Shown here: positions 49,190-60,524 of the stretch, piece after piece | How positions within the stretch are numbered: position 1 is the first letter of the stretch | How the letters are laid out: every line of letters begins with the position of its first letter | Program-made: the position numbers and the translations under genes | DNA from: Candidatus Entotheonellaceae bacterium | Lineage (GTDB): Bacteria; Tectomicrobia; Entotheonellia; Entotheonellales; Entotheonellaceae | Length of the DNA stretch: 64,000 bases | Assembly (NCBI GenBank): GCA_965238075.1 | Contig: OZ250173.1 | Location: 416,001 to 480,000 of the forward strand | Direction: 5' to 3' | The notes under the pieces: model-generated | Databases searched by the model: none | What the model was told of the DNA's origin: nothing | What the model saw: the letters and a program-made list of their open reading frames with translations, nothing else

Positions 49190-49462
49190 TCAGTCGGTGC
49201 TCTCCGGCGGCACACCGTTTTCCGCCAAGATTTGCCGCCGAGCTCTGATGCGTTGATAGGCGAACAGGGCACCCATCCCACCGATGAAGAGTGCCGGCAG
49301 AAAGACTATCTCCAGAACTTGCAAAGACTTTTCCCATCGCAGTGCGTGGAACGCGATATACAAAGACGGAGCGAGCGTCAGAAAGCACACACCCGCGATC
49401 AGAATGGCAACCACCAACACGTCCCGACGGGGCGGCGAAGGCATAGAAGACATAAGCGGCAT
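49190..49462 (-). CDS. small two-TM membrane protein
   Basis: Two hydrophobic helices; AAGGA RBS. Confidence 0.5.
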   Translation of the reverse strand: MPLMSSMPSPPRRDVLVVAILIAGVCFLTLAPSLYIAFHALRWEKSLQVLEIVFLPALFIGGMGALFAYQRIRARRQILAENGVPPESTD

Positions 49463-49561
49463 CCAGGGTTATCCTTGAGCTTGCAACGTTACATGTCCAT
49501 TGATCACACCGATGTTATCACACGCGTCTGGTACTGCCCAGTCGCTTGAGGGCCACAGACT

Positions 49562-50899
49562 ATGCTAGCAGAGCAGCACTATCGTCATGCCCTCCTCGCC
49601 CAGCCCTTTTGGGCTCGTCTCTCCCCCGCCGAAGTCAAACAGCGCGTTCAGGATATACTGGCAATTCCCGACACCGCCACAGCGGTTCAGGCCTTGCCAC
49701 CCGTCGAGTACGCGGTGCTGTTGAAGGAAGCACCGGAATCGCGCGCTGCGTTGCTTTCAGTGGCTCACCCGGAGCAGAATCGCATGGTGTTTGATCTCGA
49801 CTGCTGGAACAAGCAAAACCTGCGCGGCACCCGAGTGTTGGAATGGCTTGATGATTTGCGCGAAAGTGGTCTGGAATCGTTTCTGGACACGTTAACGGTC
49901 CTGGACAATGAGTTGTTGTTCGCCGCTTTCAGCCAGCACGTTCAGGTGCACGCCACCTTGCCGATCGAAGAGGAAGAGGATCCCAGACCTTACCACGAAA
50001 TCCTGTCAAACGAACTGTATCGCCTGGAGTTCATTGATCCCGACAGCCCGTGGAACGAACGCATCCAACGGCTACTGGCTTTTCTACGCCAAGCCGACCT
50101 CGATACCTATCACAGCCTTATGCAGGGCGTCATGTGGGGTCTCCAAGATGAGTTGGAGGAATGGGCCTATCGCTGGAAAAGCGGCCGGCTTCAGGACGAG
50201 GGCTTTCCGGAATATTACGAGGCGTTGGAAGCATATCGCATCGTCGACAACGTCCCTCACCTTGCGCCGGCGCATGTTGAGGCACCGGGGCTGCCGGCAA
50301 ACGCCGAAGAGTCGGGAATCGTCCCCAGTTATGCCTGGAGCATGACGCCAACCGGCTCCTTGCTGGCCCGAGCCCTGACGGGGCAATTCTCCATCAACAC
50401 GCTGGACCGTTTGTTCTGGGAAATGGTGGGCCTATGCAATCGCGAACTTGTCATTGATCAGGTTGATTTCGCCGATGCAGCGGCCGTCAAGGCCAGTTTG
50501 CGGCGCGTCCATGCTTACGTGAATCTTGGACTTGACTACCTGTGCGGCCTCCATTCGCAGGCCCCAGATTCCTTGCTGGGTGAGCATCCGCTGCACGACA
50601 TCTGTCAGACCGGGATTACCCTCATCGTTGGCTTGCGGCAGCGCGCCAATCGCATACAGACCCACCTGAGCCGGACGCCGGGCATGCGCAGAGCCTTACC
50701 GGGCTTGGCCCAGCAAGTGTTGGCCGGCCTGTTGCGGCCCCACGCCCAGTTCCTTTCAGAGCTTGCGTCGCCAGCCGGCTCAGGCTACCGCGACTTTCTG
50801 AACCTGCAGGACGTGGCACTCGTTGACGGGTTGCTGCGAGAACTGGAAAACGACCTGTCCTATCGCACGTCTGACACCACAACACCCGGACAGCCCTGA
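49562..50899 (+). CDS. DUF6178-like protein
   Basis: FDLDCW, ELEEWAYRWKSGRLQDEGFPEYYEAL, AYVNLGL. Confidence 0.65.
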   Translation: MLAEQHYRHALLAQPFWARLSPAEVKQRVQDILAIPDTATAVQALPPVEYAVLLKEAPESRAALLSVAHPEQNRMVFDLDCWNKQNLRGTRVLEWLDDLRESGLESFLDTLTVLDNELLFAAFSQHVQVHATLPIEEEEDPRPYHEILSNELYRLEFIDPDSPWNERIQRLLAFLRQADLDTYHSLMQGVMWGLQDELEEWAYRWKSGRLQDEGFPEYYEALEAYRIVDNVPHLAPAHVEAPGLPANAEESGIVPSYAWSMTPTGSLLARALTGQFSINTLDRLFWEMVGLCNRELVIDQVDFADAAAVKASLRRVHAYVNLGLDYLCGLHSQAPDSLLGEHPLHDICQTGITLIVGLRQRANRIQTHLSRTPGMRRALPGLAQQVLAGLLRPHAQFLSELASPAGSGYRDFLNLQDVALVDGLLRELENDLSYRTSDTTTPGQP

Positions 50900-51088
50900 A
50901 GCGTGATGGCTTGACGGCCCCGAAATCCCTCACGTATCATGCGCCGCCCTTGGATTTCTGGAAATCCGCTAAACACGCTGCCGGCAGGGCCGCCAACGCC
51001 TGCCATGCGGTCTTATACAACAAGCAACCATCATGACATCCAAAGGTCATCGGCAACGATACTGCCACGTGCACGGAGGGAATCGTTT

Positions 51089-52486
51089 ATGGACCGAGTA
51101 GACACGCTGGGCAAGCTCAAAGAAACAGGCTACAAACCGCTGGGCGTAAAAGCGGAGATGCGTAAGAATCTCGTTCGGAAAATGCTGGACCGCGAGCCGC
51201 TTTTCCCCGGCATCCATGGATTCGAAGATACCGTTATTCCCCAGGTGCAAAATGCCCTCCTGGCCGGCCAGGATATGATCTTTCTCGGCGAACGCGGCCA
51301 AGCGAAGACCCGCCTCATCCGCAGTCTCACCTCCTTGCTCGACCCCTGGGTACCGTGCGTGGAAGGCAGCGAAATCAGCGATGACCCGCTGAACCCCATT
51401 TCCAAATATGCCGTCGAGTTGCTTGCCAAGGAAGGCGACAATACGCCGATCGCCTGGTTGGCCCGCGAGGACCGCTACAGCGAAAAGCTCGCCACGCCGG
51501 ACGTCACGGCGCCCGAGCTGATCGGTGAAGTGGATCCAATCAAGGTGGCAGAGGGACGCTATCTCTCCGACGAACTGGTAATTCACTACGGCCTCGTTCC
51601 GCGCACGAACCGGGGCATCTTCTGCATCAACGAGCTGCCGGACCTGTCGGAGAAATTGCAGGTTGGCTTGTTCAACATCATGCAGGAGCGTGACGTGCAG
51701 ATTCGCGGCTTTCGGGCGCGCCTGCCGCTGAACATCTGTGTTGTCGCTAGTGCCAACCCCGAGGATTACACCAACCGCGGTCGCATCATCACGCCGCTGA
51801 AAGACCGCTATGGCGCCGAAATCCGCACACATTACCCCAAAAATATTTCCATCGAGATCGACATCATGGAGGCAGAGCGCTCACCCTTACTGGACAGCGA
51901 CAGTTTAGAGGTGACGGTGCCGCGTTTTATGAAGGAAATCGTGGCTGAGATAACCAACCTGGCGCGTCAACACGCCGACATCAATCAGCGCTCGGGCGTG
52001 AGTGTGCGCATGTCCATCGCCAACTATGAAAGCCTGGTCAGCAACGCCTTGCGCCGTTCGCTCCTGCTGCGGGAGGACGAAGCCGTGCCCCGCATCAGCG
52101 ATCTGCCGGCTATACTGCCCTCTTCCAATGGCAAAATTGAGTTGGAAACCATCGAGGAAGGCAAGGAGGGTGACGTGGTCGCCGAATTGACCCGCCAGGC
52201 CGTGCGCAAAGTGTTCAATCACAATTTCGACCTCTCGGATCTGGCCGACGTTCTCGAATATTTCGGCCTTGGGCAGAGCCTGGAAGTATCCGACACGATG
52301 CCCACCGGTGCCTACAAGCAAAAAACCAAGGAAGTGGACGGACTGACGAAGCTCATGCAACGCCTCGGCTGTGCCAAGAGCCCGGCTTTGATAGCCTCAG
52401 GGCTTGAATTCATCCTGGAAGGTCTTCATCTCAACAAGAAACTGAATAAGAAAGTCGTCGAGGGCGAAATTTCATATTGGGGCTGA
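51089..52486 (+). CDS. magnesium chelatase ChlI-like AAA+ ATPase
   Basis: GERGQAKTR, EKLATPD, RTNRGIFCINELPDL, SANPEDYTNRGRIITPLKDR; GGAGG RBS before ATG 51089. Confidence 0.85.
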   Translation: MDRVDTLGKLKETGYKPLGVKAEMRKNLVRKMLDREPLFPGIHGFEDTVIPQVQNALLAGQDMIFLGERGQAKTRLIRSLTSLLDPWVPCVEGSEISDDPLNPISKYAVELLAKEGDNTPIAWLAREDRYSEKLATPDVTAPELIGEVDPIKVAEGRYLSDELVIHYGLVPRTNRGIFCINELPDLSEKLQVGLFNIMQERDVQIRGFRARLPLNICVVASANPEDYTNRGRIITPLKDRYGAEIRTHYPKNISIEIDIMEAERSPLLDSDSLEVTVPRFMKEIVAEITNLARQHADINQRSGVSVRMSIANYESLVSNALRRSLLLREDEAVPRISDLPAILPSSNGKIELETIEEGKEGDVVAELTRQAVRKVFNHNFDLSDLADVLEYFGLGQSLEVSDTMPTGAYKQKTKEVDGLTKLMQRLGCAKSPALIASGLEFILEGLHLNKKLNKKVVEGEISYWG

Positions 52487-52581
52487 GGTTCGGACCACCC
52501 CGCCGTTCGAAGTGTGTCCCAAGAGTCCCCTGTAGGACACTTCCCATATCGCCAAGCGACAAATGGCACGCGGATCGCAGC

Positions 52582-52818
52582 ATGGACGTGGTGCAAGTGT
52601 TAGTGCAAGTACGGCGTCGTGACATCGCCCTTCTATGCAACATTGTGGGGTCTTACGAGGGTCTGGGTATCATACGCACCCTCGATGCTGCCCAAGGTAT
52701 CGTCGAGTTGATGATTGCGCCGGCGTTTTACGACACCGCCTTGGCCCTGCTCCATGACTTGGCGCAGAACGAAATGCCGTTGCACCTTGTCGGACGGCCT
52801 GACCTGGACTTCGGTTGA
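52582..52818 (+). CDS. DUF4911-like protein
   Basis: VRRRDIALL.NIVGSYEGLGIIRTLDAAQGIVEL pattern. Confidence 0.65.
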   Translation: MDVVQVLVQVRRRDIALLCNIVGSYEGLGIIRTLDAAQGIVELMIAPAFYDTALALLHDLAQNEMPLHLVGRPDLDFG

Positions 52819-52902
52819 CTTCCCCGGTAGCGGTTGTTATAAGGAAATCCCGGTTTATTCCCGCACTTCAGAATCTCCATCTCACTCGTTCACGAGGCGC
52901 CC

Positions 52903-53883
52903 ATGCAGGAACTGCTGCTTGATATTCGCGGCTTGCGGACCCAGTTTTTCACCGACGACGGCCTTGCCCGGGCCGTCGATGGGGTCAGCTACTCGCTGGA
53001 AAAAGGCGAGACTGTAGGCGTCGTTGGAGAGTCCGGATGTGGGAAAAGCGTGACGGCCCTGTCGATTCTACGCCTCATCCCCGACCCGCCCGGCAAAATC
53101 GTCGATGGTGAAATCATTTTTGAAGGCACGGATCTGTTGCACCTCTCCCCAGCGGACATGCGGCGCATTCGCGGCAACGATATTTCCATGATCTTCCAGG
53201 AACCGATGACCTCCCTGAATCCGGTGTTCACCATCGGTAACCAAATCACCGAAGCCGTTCGGCTGCACCAAGGCTTGAACAAGAGGGATGCCTTGGCCAA
53301 AGCTGTTGAAGCGCTGAAGTTGGTGGGTATTCCGGTGCCGGAACGGCGCGTGCACGAGTACCCGCATCAACTGAGTGGCGGCATGCGACAACGCGCCATG
53401 ATTGCCATGGCCCTGAGTTGCAACCCGAAAGTCCTGATCGCCGACGAGCCAACAACGGCGCTAGACGTCACCATCGAGGCCCAAATTCTCGATTTGATGC
53501 GCACCCTCCAGGACGAATTGGGGACGGCCATCCTCATGATCACCCACGATTTGGGTGTCATTGCCGATATAGCCCGCAAGGTCGTTGTCATGTACGCCGG
53601 CAAGGTTGTGGAACAGGCGCCGGTGGAACGAATCTTTGCCTCACCCAATCATCCCTATACGCAAGGGCTGCTGCGGTCCCTTCCCCGCGTGGACAAAGAT
53701 GCCAGCGGTGCTAAGCAACGCTTGCAAGAAATCCCCGGCATCGTCCCCAGCCTGTTGAACCTGCCTGCGGGCTGCAAATTCGCTTCGCGCTGCCCGAGCG
53801 TGATGCCACAGTGCCACGAACAGGAACCCCCACTGGAGCCGGTGGCTCCCAATCACTATTCGGCGTGTTGGCTTAACCACTAG
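52903..53883 (+). CDS. oppD: oligopeptide/dipeptide ABC ATP-binding protein (OppD/DppD)
   Basis: [32 protein letters not shown]-terminal CKFASRC..C..C. Confidence 0.9.
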   Translation: MQELLLDIRGLRTQFFTDDGLARAVDGVSYSLEKGETVGVVGESGCGKSVTALSILRLIPDPPGKIVDGEIIFEGTDLLHLSPADMRRIRGNDISMIFQEPMTSLNPVFTIGNQITEAVRLHQGLNKRDALAKAVEALKLVGIPVPERRVHEYPHQLSGGMRQRAMIAMALSCNPKVLIADEPTTALDVTIEAQILDLMRTLQDELGTAILMITHDLGVIADIARKVVVMYAGKVVEQAPVERIFASPNHPYTQGLLRSLPRVDKDASGAKQRLQEIPGIVPSLLNLPAGCKFASRCPSVMPQCHEQEPPLEPVAPNHYSACWLNH

Positions 53884-53926
53884 GCGCGTCCAGAGGGTGC
53901 CGGCGACCCCTGAGGAGAACCAAGGC

Positions 53927-54904
53927 ATGGCGGCGGAAACGTTGCTTGAGGTCAACAATCTCAAAAAGTATTTTCCGATCAAGGGTGGGGTGTTTTCCCG
54001 GACAATAGGCTATGTCTACGCGGTCGACGACGTTTCCTTCACGGTGGACAAGGGCGAGACGCTGGGATTGGTGGGCGAAAGCGGCTGCGGAAAATCGACC
54101 ACCGGGCGTAGCATTCTGCGCCTGATCGAGCCGACGGACGGCAAGATTTACTTCGAGGGCCAGGACGTAACCGCGCTGGATAAAAACGCCATGCGCAGCC
54201 TGCGGCGGGAAATGCAGATCATCTTTCAGGACCCGTATGCCTCGCTCAACCCGCGTATGACCGTGGGCAGCATTGTTGGCGAGCCGTTGGAGATTCACAA
54301 GATCGCCAGAGGCAGCGAAAAAACCGAACGCGTGGCTTCCTTGCTGCATAAGGTGGGTTTGCGCGCCGAAGATATGCGGAAATACCCTCACGAATTCAGT
54401 GGCGGGCAGCGGCAGCGCATCGGCATCGCCAGGGCGATTGCCTTGAATCCCAAGCTCATCGTCTGCGACGAGCCGGTGTCAGCATTGGACGTATCGATTC
54501 AGGCCCAGGTGATCAACCTCCTGGAAGACCTGCAGGAAGAGTTCGGGCTGTCTTATCTCTTCATTGCCCACAACCTGAACGTAGTTGAGCACATCAGCGA
54601 CCGGGTGGCGGTGATGTACCTGGGTCAGATCGTCGAATTGGCCTCCGATACCGACCTCTACAACGATCCCCAGCACCCCTACACCGAAGCCCTGCTCTCA
54701 GCTGTCCCCATTCCCGATCCTACCGTCACGAAAAAACGCATCATTCTTGAAGGCGATGTACCCAGCCCCATCGATCCACCCAGCGGTTGCCATTTTCACA
54801 CCCGGTGCATGTATAAAGAGAAGATTTGTGAAGAAGAGGCCCCCGAGTTCAAGCATATCGGCGGCGGCCATTGGGTGGCTTGCCACTTCCGTCCTAAAGC
54901 ATGA
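53927..54904 (+). CDS. oppF: oligopeptide/dipeptide ABC ATP-binding protein (OppF/DppF)
   Basis: [51 protein letters not shown]. Confidence 0.9.
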   Translation: MAAETLLEVNNLKKYFPIKGGVFSRTIGYVYAVDDVSFTVDKGETLGLVGESGCGKSTTGRSILRLIEPTDGKIYFEGQDVTALDKNAMRSLRREMQIIFQDPYASLNPRMTVGSIVGEPLEIHKIARGSEKTERVASLLHKVGLRAEDMRKYPHEFSGGQRQRIGIARAIALNPKLIVCDEPVSALDVSIQAQVINLLEDLQEEFGLSYLFIAHNLNVVEHISDRVAVMYLGQIVELASDTDLYNDPQHPYTEALLSAVPIPDPTVTKKRIILEGDVPSPIDPPSGCHFHTRCMYKEKICEEEAPEFKHIGGGHWVACHFRPKA

Positions 54905-54979
54905 TCTGATACTGTCGCCGGCTTAATGGCGGACGGCGTCCGAGGTTTCTACTTCGCATTGTCAGACGAGGGTTCCAGG

Positions 54980-55008
54980 TTGACACAGGTACGGCCATTG
55001 TCTATAGT
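54980..55008 (+). promoter_or_regulatory. sigma70-type promoter for tRNA-Val/Asp
   Basis: TTGACA-17 nt-TATAGT. Confidence 0.7.
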
Positions 55009-55066
55009 ACCGCTTCTTGTTGTTTCCCATCAGGAGGGTTTGGCGCAGCGGCTTCATACTCCGGAA

Positions 55067-55139
55067 GGGCGGGTAGCTCAGTTGGGAGAGCATCGGCCTT
55101 ACAAGCCGGAGGTCACAGGTTCAAGCCCTGTTCCGCCCA
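55067..55139 (+). tRNA. tRNA-Val (TAC); CCA not encoded
   Basis: GGGCGGG/TCCGCCC acceptor, TAGCTCAGTTGGGAGAGC D-arm, CGGC-CT TAC AA-GCCG, GGTTCAAGCC. Confidence 0.95.
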
Positions 55140-55149
55140 TCCGATCTTC

Positions 55150-55223
<74 letters not shown>

Positions 55224-55230
55224 TTGATTC

Positions 55231-55263
55231 TTAAAGGGATTGCACAATGTGCAATCCCTTTAA
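55231..55263. terminator. bidirectional hairpin terminator
   Basis: Perfect 16-bp inverted repeat TTAAAGGGATTGCACA-A-TGTGCAATCCCTTTAA between the tRNAs and the convergent CDS stop. Confidence 0.75.
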
Positions 55264-58085
55264 TTTTGCCCGGATACCAGTTCCGGCTCCCCGCACAGCG
55301 ACAGCATCCGTTCCCGTGCGGCAGCGCGAAGCGCAGCGGCAGCGGCCCAGTCAGTTCCCGACGGCGGGATCGGCTCGCCAATCAGAACCCGCAAGGGACC
55401 GCGGCGCGGAAACCATTGGTCGGATCGAAGAACGGACCGGGTGCCCCGAATGCCCACGGGCACGACCGGCACCCCGGCCTGCGCTGCGACCACAAAGGCC
55501 CCCATGCGGAAAGACTGCAGACCCGGCATGCGGGTCAAGGTGCCCTCGGGAAAAAAGACAACGGATCGACCCTCCCGCGCCACTTGCAACAAACGATCGG
55601 TATCTTCGACGCCGCGCTGGGCATCGAAACGCTCCACAAACTCAGCGCCGAGACGCTTAAGCAGCACCCGCGCAAAGAATTGGTCGGCCAGTTCGCGCTT
55701 GACCACGTAGCACGCCTCACCCGGAATGATCGACATCAGAATAAATCCGTCCAGATAGCTGGCGTGATTGGCGACGATCACGAAAGGACCCGTCCCGTCG
55801 AGATGGTCAATGCCCTCTACCCGCAGTGGGAGGCCCAGGAGCCGCCGCATGATGCGGGAAGCGGCTCGCGCCAAGCCATGGCGCCAGGACAGATTGGGCG
55901 TAATGACCAGCAGTTTCCAAACAACGAGCAGGCACAAACCGGCGAGGGTCCAAAAGTATCCGACATACAGAATGTCCCCCGCGCCCCGGGCGAAGCGGCG
56001 TAGCTGAGATAACAGGCCACCCATTGCAAGGCGCGCCAACTGCCACCACACGGTGCGCGGCCGCCTGCCCAGCAAGCCCTTCTCGTAGCGCTCCCGACTG
56101 GCGCCGCGGCGCAGTTTGCCGCTGGAGGTCTTTAGGACGCTGCCGGGCGGGGCCAACACAACGTCATCTGGAGGCGTGCCCAGCAAGTCGGTGACGATGC
56201 CATTGATCCGGCCATGCAATTCCTCGAGCTTGGTGGGTGCCGTTTCCCGCGTTTCCGAAAGTATGACAAGCCTTTCGGTGCCGGTAGCGGGGTCCGGGCT
56301 GCCGAAGACGGCGCTGCACCCACGACGCAGGCCCGGCACCCCGTTCAGGGCTTCCTCCACCTCCTGAGGATAGATGTTGCGCCCGGCACGAATGATCATG
56401 TCCTTGGCGCGGCCCGTTAGATAGACAGTCCCTTGGGCAATGTATGCCATGTCGCCGGAATCCAGCCAGTCTCCGTTAAACAGGCTCTTGGTCGCTTCGG
56501 GGTTGCGGTAATAGCCCTGTGTGGTCGAGGGTCCGCGAAATTCGAGCCGGCCTTCCCGGCGCTCGCCCGCCTCGTAGCCCATGGCGTCGACAATGCGAAT
56601 CTGATAGCCCGGCAACGGCTGGCCGCTGGCAACGACGTGCAGCGCGGCGGGGTCGTCGGCTTCCACCGGCACGGCTTGCCCGTTGCGCATGAGCGCCTCG
56701 CGGTTGATGTGATCCACTTGCGGGATGCTGTCCGTCGGCGAGAAGGCGAGACCAAGGGAGACCTCGGCCAGACCGTACACCGGCTTCATGGCCTGCGGTC
56801 GGAAGCCGTAAGCCGAAAAGCGCTCGCTGAAACGAGTCATGGTGTGAGCGCTGACCGGTTCCGCGCCGTTAAAGGCGTAGCGCCAGGAACTCAGGTCCAG
56901 ACCCTCGAGGTCGGCTTCGGCGATCCGGCCGACGCATAGCTCGTACGCGAAATTGGGCCCCGCCGAAATGGTGCCGCGGTGCCTGTGGATGGCCCACAGC
57001 CAACGCGCCGGGCGTGCCAGAAACGTCAAAGGCGACATCAGGACCAGCCGGCAGGCGAAGTACAGGCTGCCAAGCCATGCACCGATCAGGCCCATGTCGT
57101 GGTAAAGCGGCAACCAGCTCACAAATACATCCGTCGATTGGATGCCCACCACCTGCCCCATGACCCGGATATTGGCCAGCAAATTGTCGTGCGTGAGAAT
57201 CACACCCTTGGGGTTGCCGGTGCTGCCGGAGGTGTATTGGAGGAAGGCGATGTCATGCGGTCGGGCAGGGTAACGGTTCAGACCTTCGCCGCTCTGCGAC
57301 AAAGCCTCGACCGTGGGCACGCTGTGCAGGCTGCCGATTTGCGCGCGTAGCAACCTTGCCAGTGATTGCGCTTCCGGAACCGTAATCAGGGCGACGATGC
57401 CGGCATTGGCGAGAATGCGAATCTGGCGGCGCAGGTGATCTTCGATTTGCGCCAGGCGAGCGGGCGGGTAGATGGGCACCGGAATGCCGCCGGCGAGCAG
57501 AATGCCGAAAAATGCCGCGAAGAATTCCCTGCCCGTCGGCAGCATCAACGCCACGGTTTGTTGCGGCTGCAGGCCGCGTGCTTGCAGACCGGCAGCAACC
57601 GCCTCGGCCGCGCGCTGCAAGTCGCCATAGGTGATTGATTCGGCTTGGTCTGCGTCGCCGATCAACGTGATGTGCGGCCGTTCGGGATGATGCCTGGCGT
57701 GCCATGCCAGAGCGTCGATCAGCGTGCCGGCCGCGCCTGGCGCTTCCCCGATGGCTTGCGGCTCGAGGCCGGACATCGCTGGCGCGTCCTCTGACCGGGC
57801 AGCGGGGCTGGCCCTGCGCAGAGCGTGCAACAGATCGCGCGGGCCTTCGGCATTGGCAACATCCTGTTCCGGCAGATGTACGCCGAACGCCTGCTCCAAG
57901 CGGTGCAGCAGTTCCATGCGTTCCAGGCTGTCGAGGCCGAGGTCGCGGTCCAGAAGGCTGTCGAGCGTAACCGAGGCAGGATTGGAACGGTGCGGGTGTA
58001 ATTCGGACAAGAGTTGCCGGACGACGCCAAGCAGCACCTCGACGGGTTGCTCCGCAACCGGCAATTCCGGCGCGCCGCTGGACAT
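55260..58085 (-). CDS. ACP + fatty acyl-AMP ligase + PlsC acyltransferase fusion
   Basis: LGLDSLERMEL (Ppant Ser), LQYTSGSTGNPKG, WLPLYHDMGLIG, YGLAE, KTSSGK, NHASYLD, FPEGT; start MSSGAPEL overlaps the folD stop (TAATG). Confidence 0.88.
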   Translation of the reverse strand: MSSGAPELPVAEQPVEVLLGVVRQLLSELHPHRSNPASVTLDSLLDRDLGLDSLERMELLHRLEQAFGVHLPEQDVANAEGPRDLLHALRRASPAARSEDAPAMSGLEPQAIGEAPGAAGTLIDALAWHARHHPERPHITLIGDADQAESITYGDLQRAAEAVAAGLQARGLQPQQTVALMLPTGREFFAAFFGILLAGGIPVPIYPPARLAQIEDHLRRQIRILANAGIVALITVPEAQSLARLLRAQIGSLHSVPTVEALSQSGEGLNRYPARPHDIAFLQYTSGSTGNPKGVILTHDNLLANIRVMGQVVGIQSTDVFVSWLPLYHDMGLIGAWLGSLYFACRLVLMSPLTFLARPARWLWAIHRHRGTISAGPNFAYELCVGRIAEADLEGLDLSSWRYAFNGAEPVSAHTMTRFSERFSAYGFRPQAMKPVYGLAEVSLGLAFSPTDSIPQVDHINREALMRNGQAVPVEADDPAALHVVASGQPLPGYQIRIVDAMGYEAGERREGRLEFRGPSTTQGYYRNPEATKSLFNGDWLDSGDMAYIAQGTVYLTGRAKDMIIRAGRNIYPQEVEEALNGVPGLRRGCSAVFGSPDPATGTERLVILSETRETAPTKLEELHGRINGIVTDLLGTPPDDVVLAPPGSVLKTSSGKLRRGASRERYEKGLLGRRPRTVWWQLARLAMGGLLSQLRRFARGAGDILYVGYFWTLAGLCLLVVWKLLVITPNLSWRHGLARAASRIMRRLLGLPLRVEGIDHLDGTGPFVIVANHASYLDGFILMSIIPGEACYVVKRELADQFFARVLLKRLGAEFVERFDAQRGVEDTDRLLQVAREGRSVVFFPEGTLTRMPGLQSFRMGAFVVAAQAGVPVVPVGIRGTRSVLRSDQWFPRRGPLRVLIGEPIPPSGTDWAAAAALRAAARERMLSLCGEPELVSGQN

Positions 58086-58942
58086 TACGTCGCCCCAACG
58101 AACAGAGCGGCCTCTGCCGCGGTGAGGGTTTGGGCCATCAATGTGGCGATGGTCATCGGACCGACGCCGCCGGGTACAGGGGTGTAGGCAGCGCACCGGT
58201 CGATCACGCCGGCCAATTCGATATCCCCGATTCCGCCTTGGTGGTAGCCGGCATCAACGACAACGGCGCTCTCCGCGATCCAATCGCCCTTGATGAATTG
58301 CGGCTTGCCGACCGCTCCAACCACGAGGTCCGCCTGCCGCACGATGTCGGGCAGGTGCGTTGTGCGCGAGTGGCAGATGGTCACCGTCGCATGGGCATTC
58401 AACAGCATCATGGCCATCGGTTTTCCCAGGATGGGGCTGCGCCCCACCACAACCGCCCGCTTGCCCTCGATCCGGATGCCGTGGTGTTCCAGCAGCCGTA
58501 TGATGCCGGCCGGCGTGGCGGAGCCGTATGCCCGCTCCCCCATTGCCATGCGGCCAAAACCGTGGCAGGTCACGCCGTCGACGTCCTTGTCCGGTCGAAT
58601 GGCGTCGAAGCAGCGCCGCTCGTCGACCTGCGGCGGCACCGGGTGTTGAAGCAGGATGCCGTGGACGTCCGTGTCGTCATTCAGACGACCGATCGCGTCC
58701 AGGAGTTCCTCGGTGCTGGTCTCCTGCGGCAACTCGACGCGCCGCGATTGCATACCAATTCGCCGGCAGGCGTTGCGCTTCATGCGAACGTATACGGCCG
58801 AAGCGGGGTCGTCCCCGACCAGGACGGTAGCGAGCGTGGGCGCCTTGCCGTCGGTCTGCACGAGCAGACCTCGAACCCGCTCGGCCAACCGGGCTTCCAT
58901 CTCTCTCGCAAGCTTCTTGCCATCGAGAATAATACCGGACAT
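58085..58942 (-). CDS. folD: methylenetetrahydrofolate dehydrogenase/cyclohydrolase
   Basis: [48 protein letters not shown]. Confidence 0.96.
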   Translation of the reverse strand: MSGIILDGKKLAREMEARLAERVRGLLVQTDGKAPTLATVLVGDDPASAVYVRMKRNACRRIGMQSRRVELPQETSTEELLDAIGRLNDDTDVHGILLQHPVPPQVDERRCFDAIRPDKDVDGVTCHGFGRMAMGERAYGSATPAGIIRLLEHHGIRIEGKRAVVVGRSPILGKPMAMMLLNAHATVTICHSRTTHLPDIVRQADLVVGAVGKPQFIKGDWIAESAVVVDAGYHQGGIGDIELAGVIDRCAAYTPVPGGVGPMTIATLMAQTLTAAEAALFVGAT

Positions 58943-59042
58943 CCTGTTGCCTTTGCGTCACCCGTTCGATAGCGCCTCTTCCGTACGCCTCACAGTCCCA
59001 CCGCCCCTGCTGGCAAGAGGGGAGTTATACCCTTCGCCGGGG

Positions 59043-59669
59043 TTAAGACGCAGTGGGCGGGGGGCCATCGTAACTCTCCCAAAGGTACCACGTGGCGATG
59101 GTACGGTAGGGCCCCCACCTGCGGGCGTGTCGGTGCATGGTGGACATGGCGGGCATCCTCTTGTAACCATAGACTCGCTGAATCGCCTTGCGGATGCCGA
59201 GGTCGCCCACAGGAAACACATCCAGGCGGCCCAGGGAAAAGATGAGAAACATTTCCGCCGTCCACACGCCGATGCCCCTGACCTGCGTCAGTTGCCGCGT
59301 CACTTCGTCATCGCTCAACGTGGAGAGCGCCGCGAGTTGCAGGCTGCCGTCGCTGGTCTTGCTCGCCAAATCCTTGAGCGAAGCCTGTTTTTGACGCGAC
59401 AACCCCAGACTGCGCAGGGTTTCATCCGGGGCGGCAAGAATGCCTTCCGGCGTTAGAACGCCGGAGTCGAACAGCGATTCCAGTCGCTCCGTGATGGTAC
59501 TGGCCGCTCGACCGCTCAATTGCTGGGAAATAATCGCCCGGCACAGCGTGACAAACGGGTTGGTGTCGCCTGGTTCCAGGGTGCACGGGCCACAACGCAC
59601 CATCAAGTCTCCCAACACCGGATCGGCGGTACGCAGATGGGCGATGGCGGTTTCGTAGGAAACACTCAT
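59043..59669 (-). CDS. DNA-3-methyladenine glycosylase (AlkA/HhH-GPD)
   Basis: IISQQLSGRAA, GLSRQK, GIGVWTAEMFLIF, PVGDLGIR, WGPYRT. Confidence 0.9.
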   Translation of the reverse strand: MSVSYETAIAHLRTADPVLGDLMVRCGPCTLEPGDTNPFVTLCRAIISQQLSGRAASTITERLESLFDSGVLTPEGILAAPDETLRSLGLSRQKQASLKDLASKTSDGSLQLAALSTLSDDEVTRQLTQVRGIGVWTAEMFLIFSLGRLDVFPVGDLGIRKAIQRVYGYKRMPAMSTMHRHARRWGPYRTIATWYLWESYDGPPPTAS

Positions 59670-59859
59670 GTCACAGTCTCGCGGGTTGTTTCAGGGTTCG
59701 GGGCAACGCTATAATACCCTCTCCCTGCGTACGCCATGTCATTGCGTGGGTGTCGTCACGGGAGCACGAACGGTGGGCTAGACTCTTCCGGTACGTAGCG
59801 GAAGGGAACCATTCCGGGGCCTTGAAGTTGCAATCCACAACATGATGAGGAGGGGAGAC

Positions 59860-60462
59860 GTGTTTGTCAAACGGTGTGCTTCGTTCGCCTTAACCGTTCT
59901 TTTGACAATGGGTTTTGCGGGCAGTGTTTGGAGTGCGGATACGTACGTGGTGGATGGCGCCCATGCCTACGTCGGCTTTACCATCAGCCATTTGCTCATC
60001 AACCGGGTCAGGGGCACGTTCAACGACTTCACCGGTACGATCGTTTACGATGCGGACGACATCACGAAGTCCTCGATGAGCGGCACCATCAACGCCGCCA
60101 GCATCGATACGGCGCATCAAAAACGCGACAAGGATTTACGGAGCGACAGCTTCTTCGACGTGGATAAGTACCCGCAAATTACGTTCGCGACCACTCGCGT
60201 GGAAGCGGGCAGTGATTCCCCGATCCTGCACGGTGTCGTGACCATGCACGGCGTTTCCAAAGAGGTGACGATCCCGTTTCGCATTACCGGCATCGTCGAG
60301 TTTGCCGGGAAAATACGCCTAGGGTTCGAGGCGCGGCTAGAGCTGAATCGGCAGGATTATGGTCTTTCCTACTCCAGGCTGATGGATACCGGCGGGTTGG
60401 TCGTCGGCAACGACGTGTCGATTGAACTAACGGGGGAAGCGATCAAGACGACCGAGAATTGA
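59860..60462 (+). CDS. YceI-family periplasmic lipid/polyisoprenoid-binding protein
   Basis: Signal peptide, SIDT..KRDKDLRSDSFFDVDKYPQITF, TMHGVSKEV, LNRQDYG. Confidence 0.9.
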   Translation: MFVKRCASFALTVLLTMGFAGSVWSADTYVVDGAHAYVGFTISHLLINRVRGTFNDFTGTIVYDADDITKSSMSGTINAASIDTAHQKRDKDLRSDSFFDVDKYPQITFATTRVEAGSDSPILHGVVTMHGVSKEVTIPFRITGIVEFAGKIRLGFEARLELNRQDYGLSYSRLMDTGGLVVGNDVSIELTGEAIKTTEN

Positions 60463-60524
60463 AAGCCCCAATCCGTGCACCGCATAGCCGAGGTGACAAC
60501 AGATGGTTGTCGCCTCGGCTTTTT

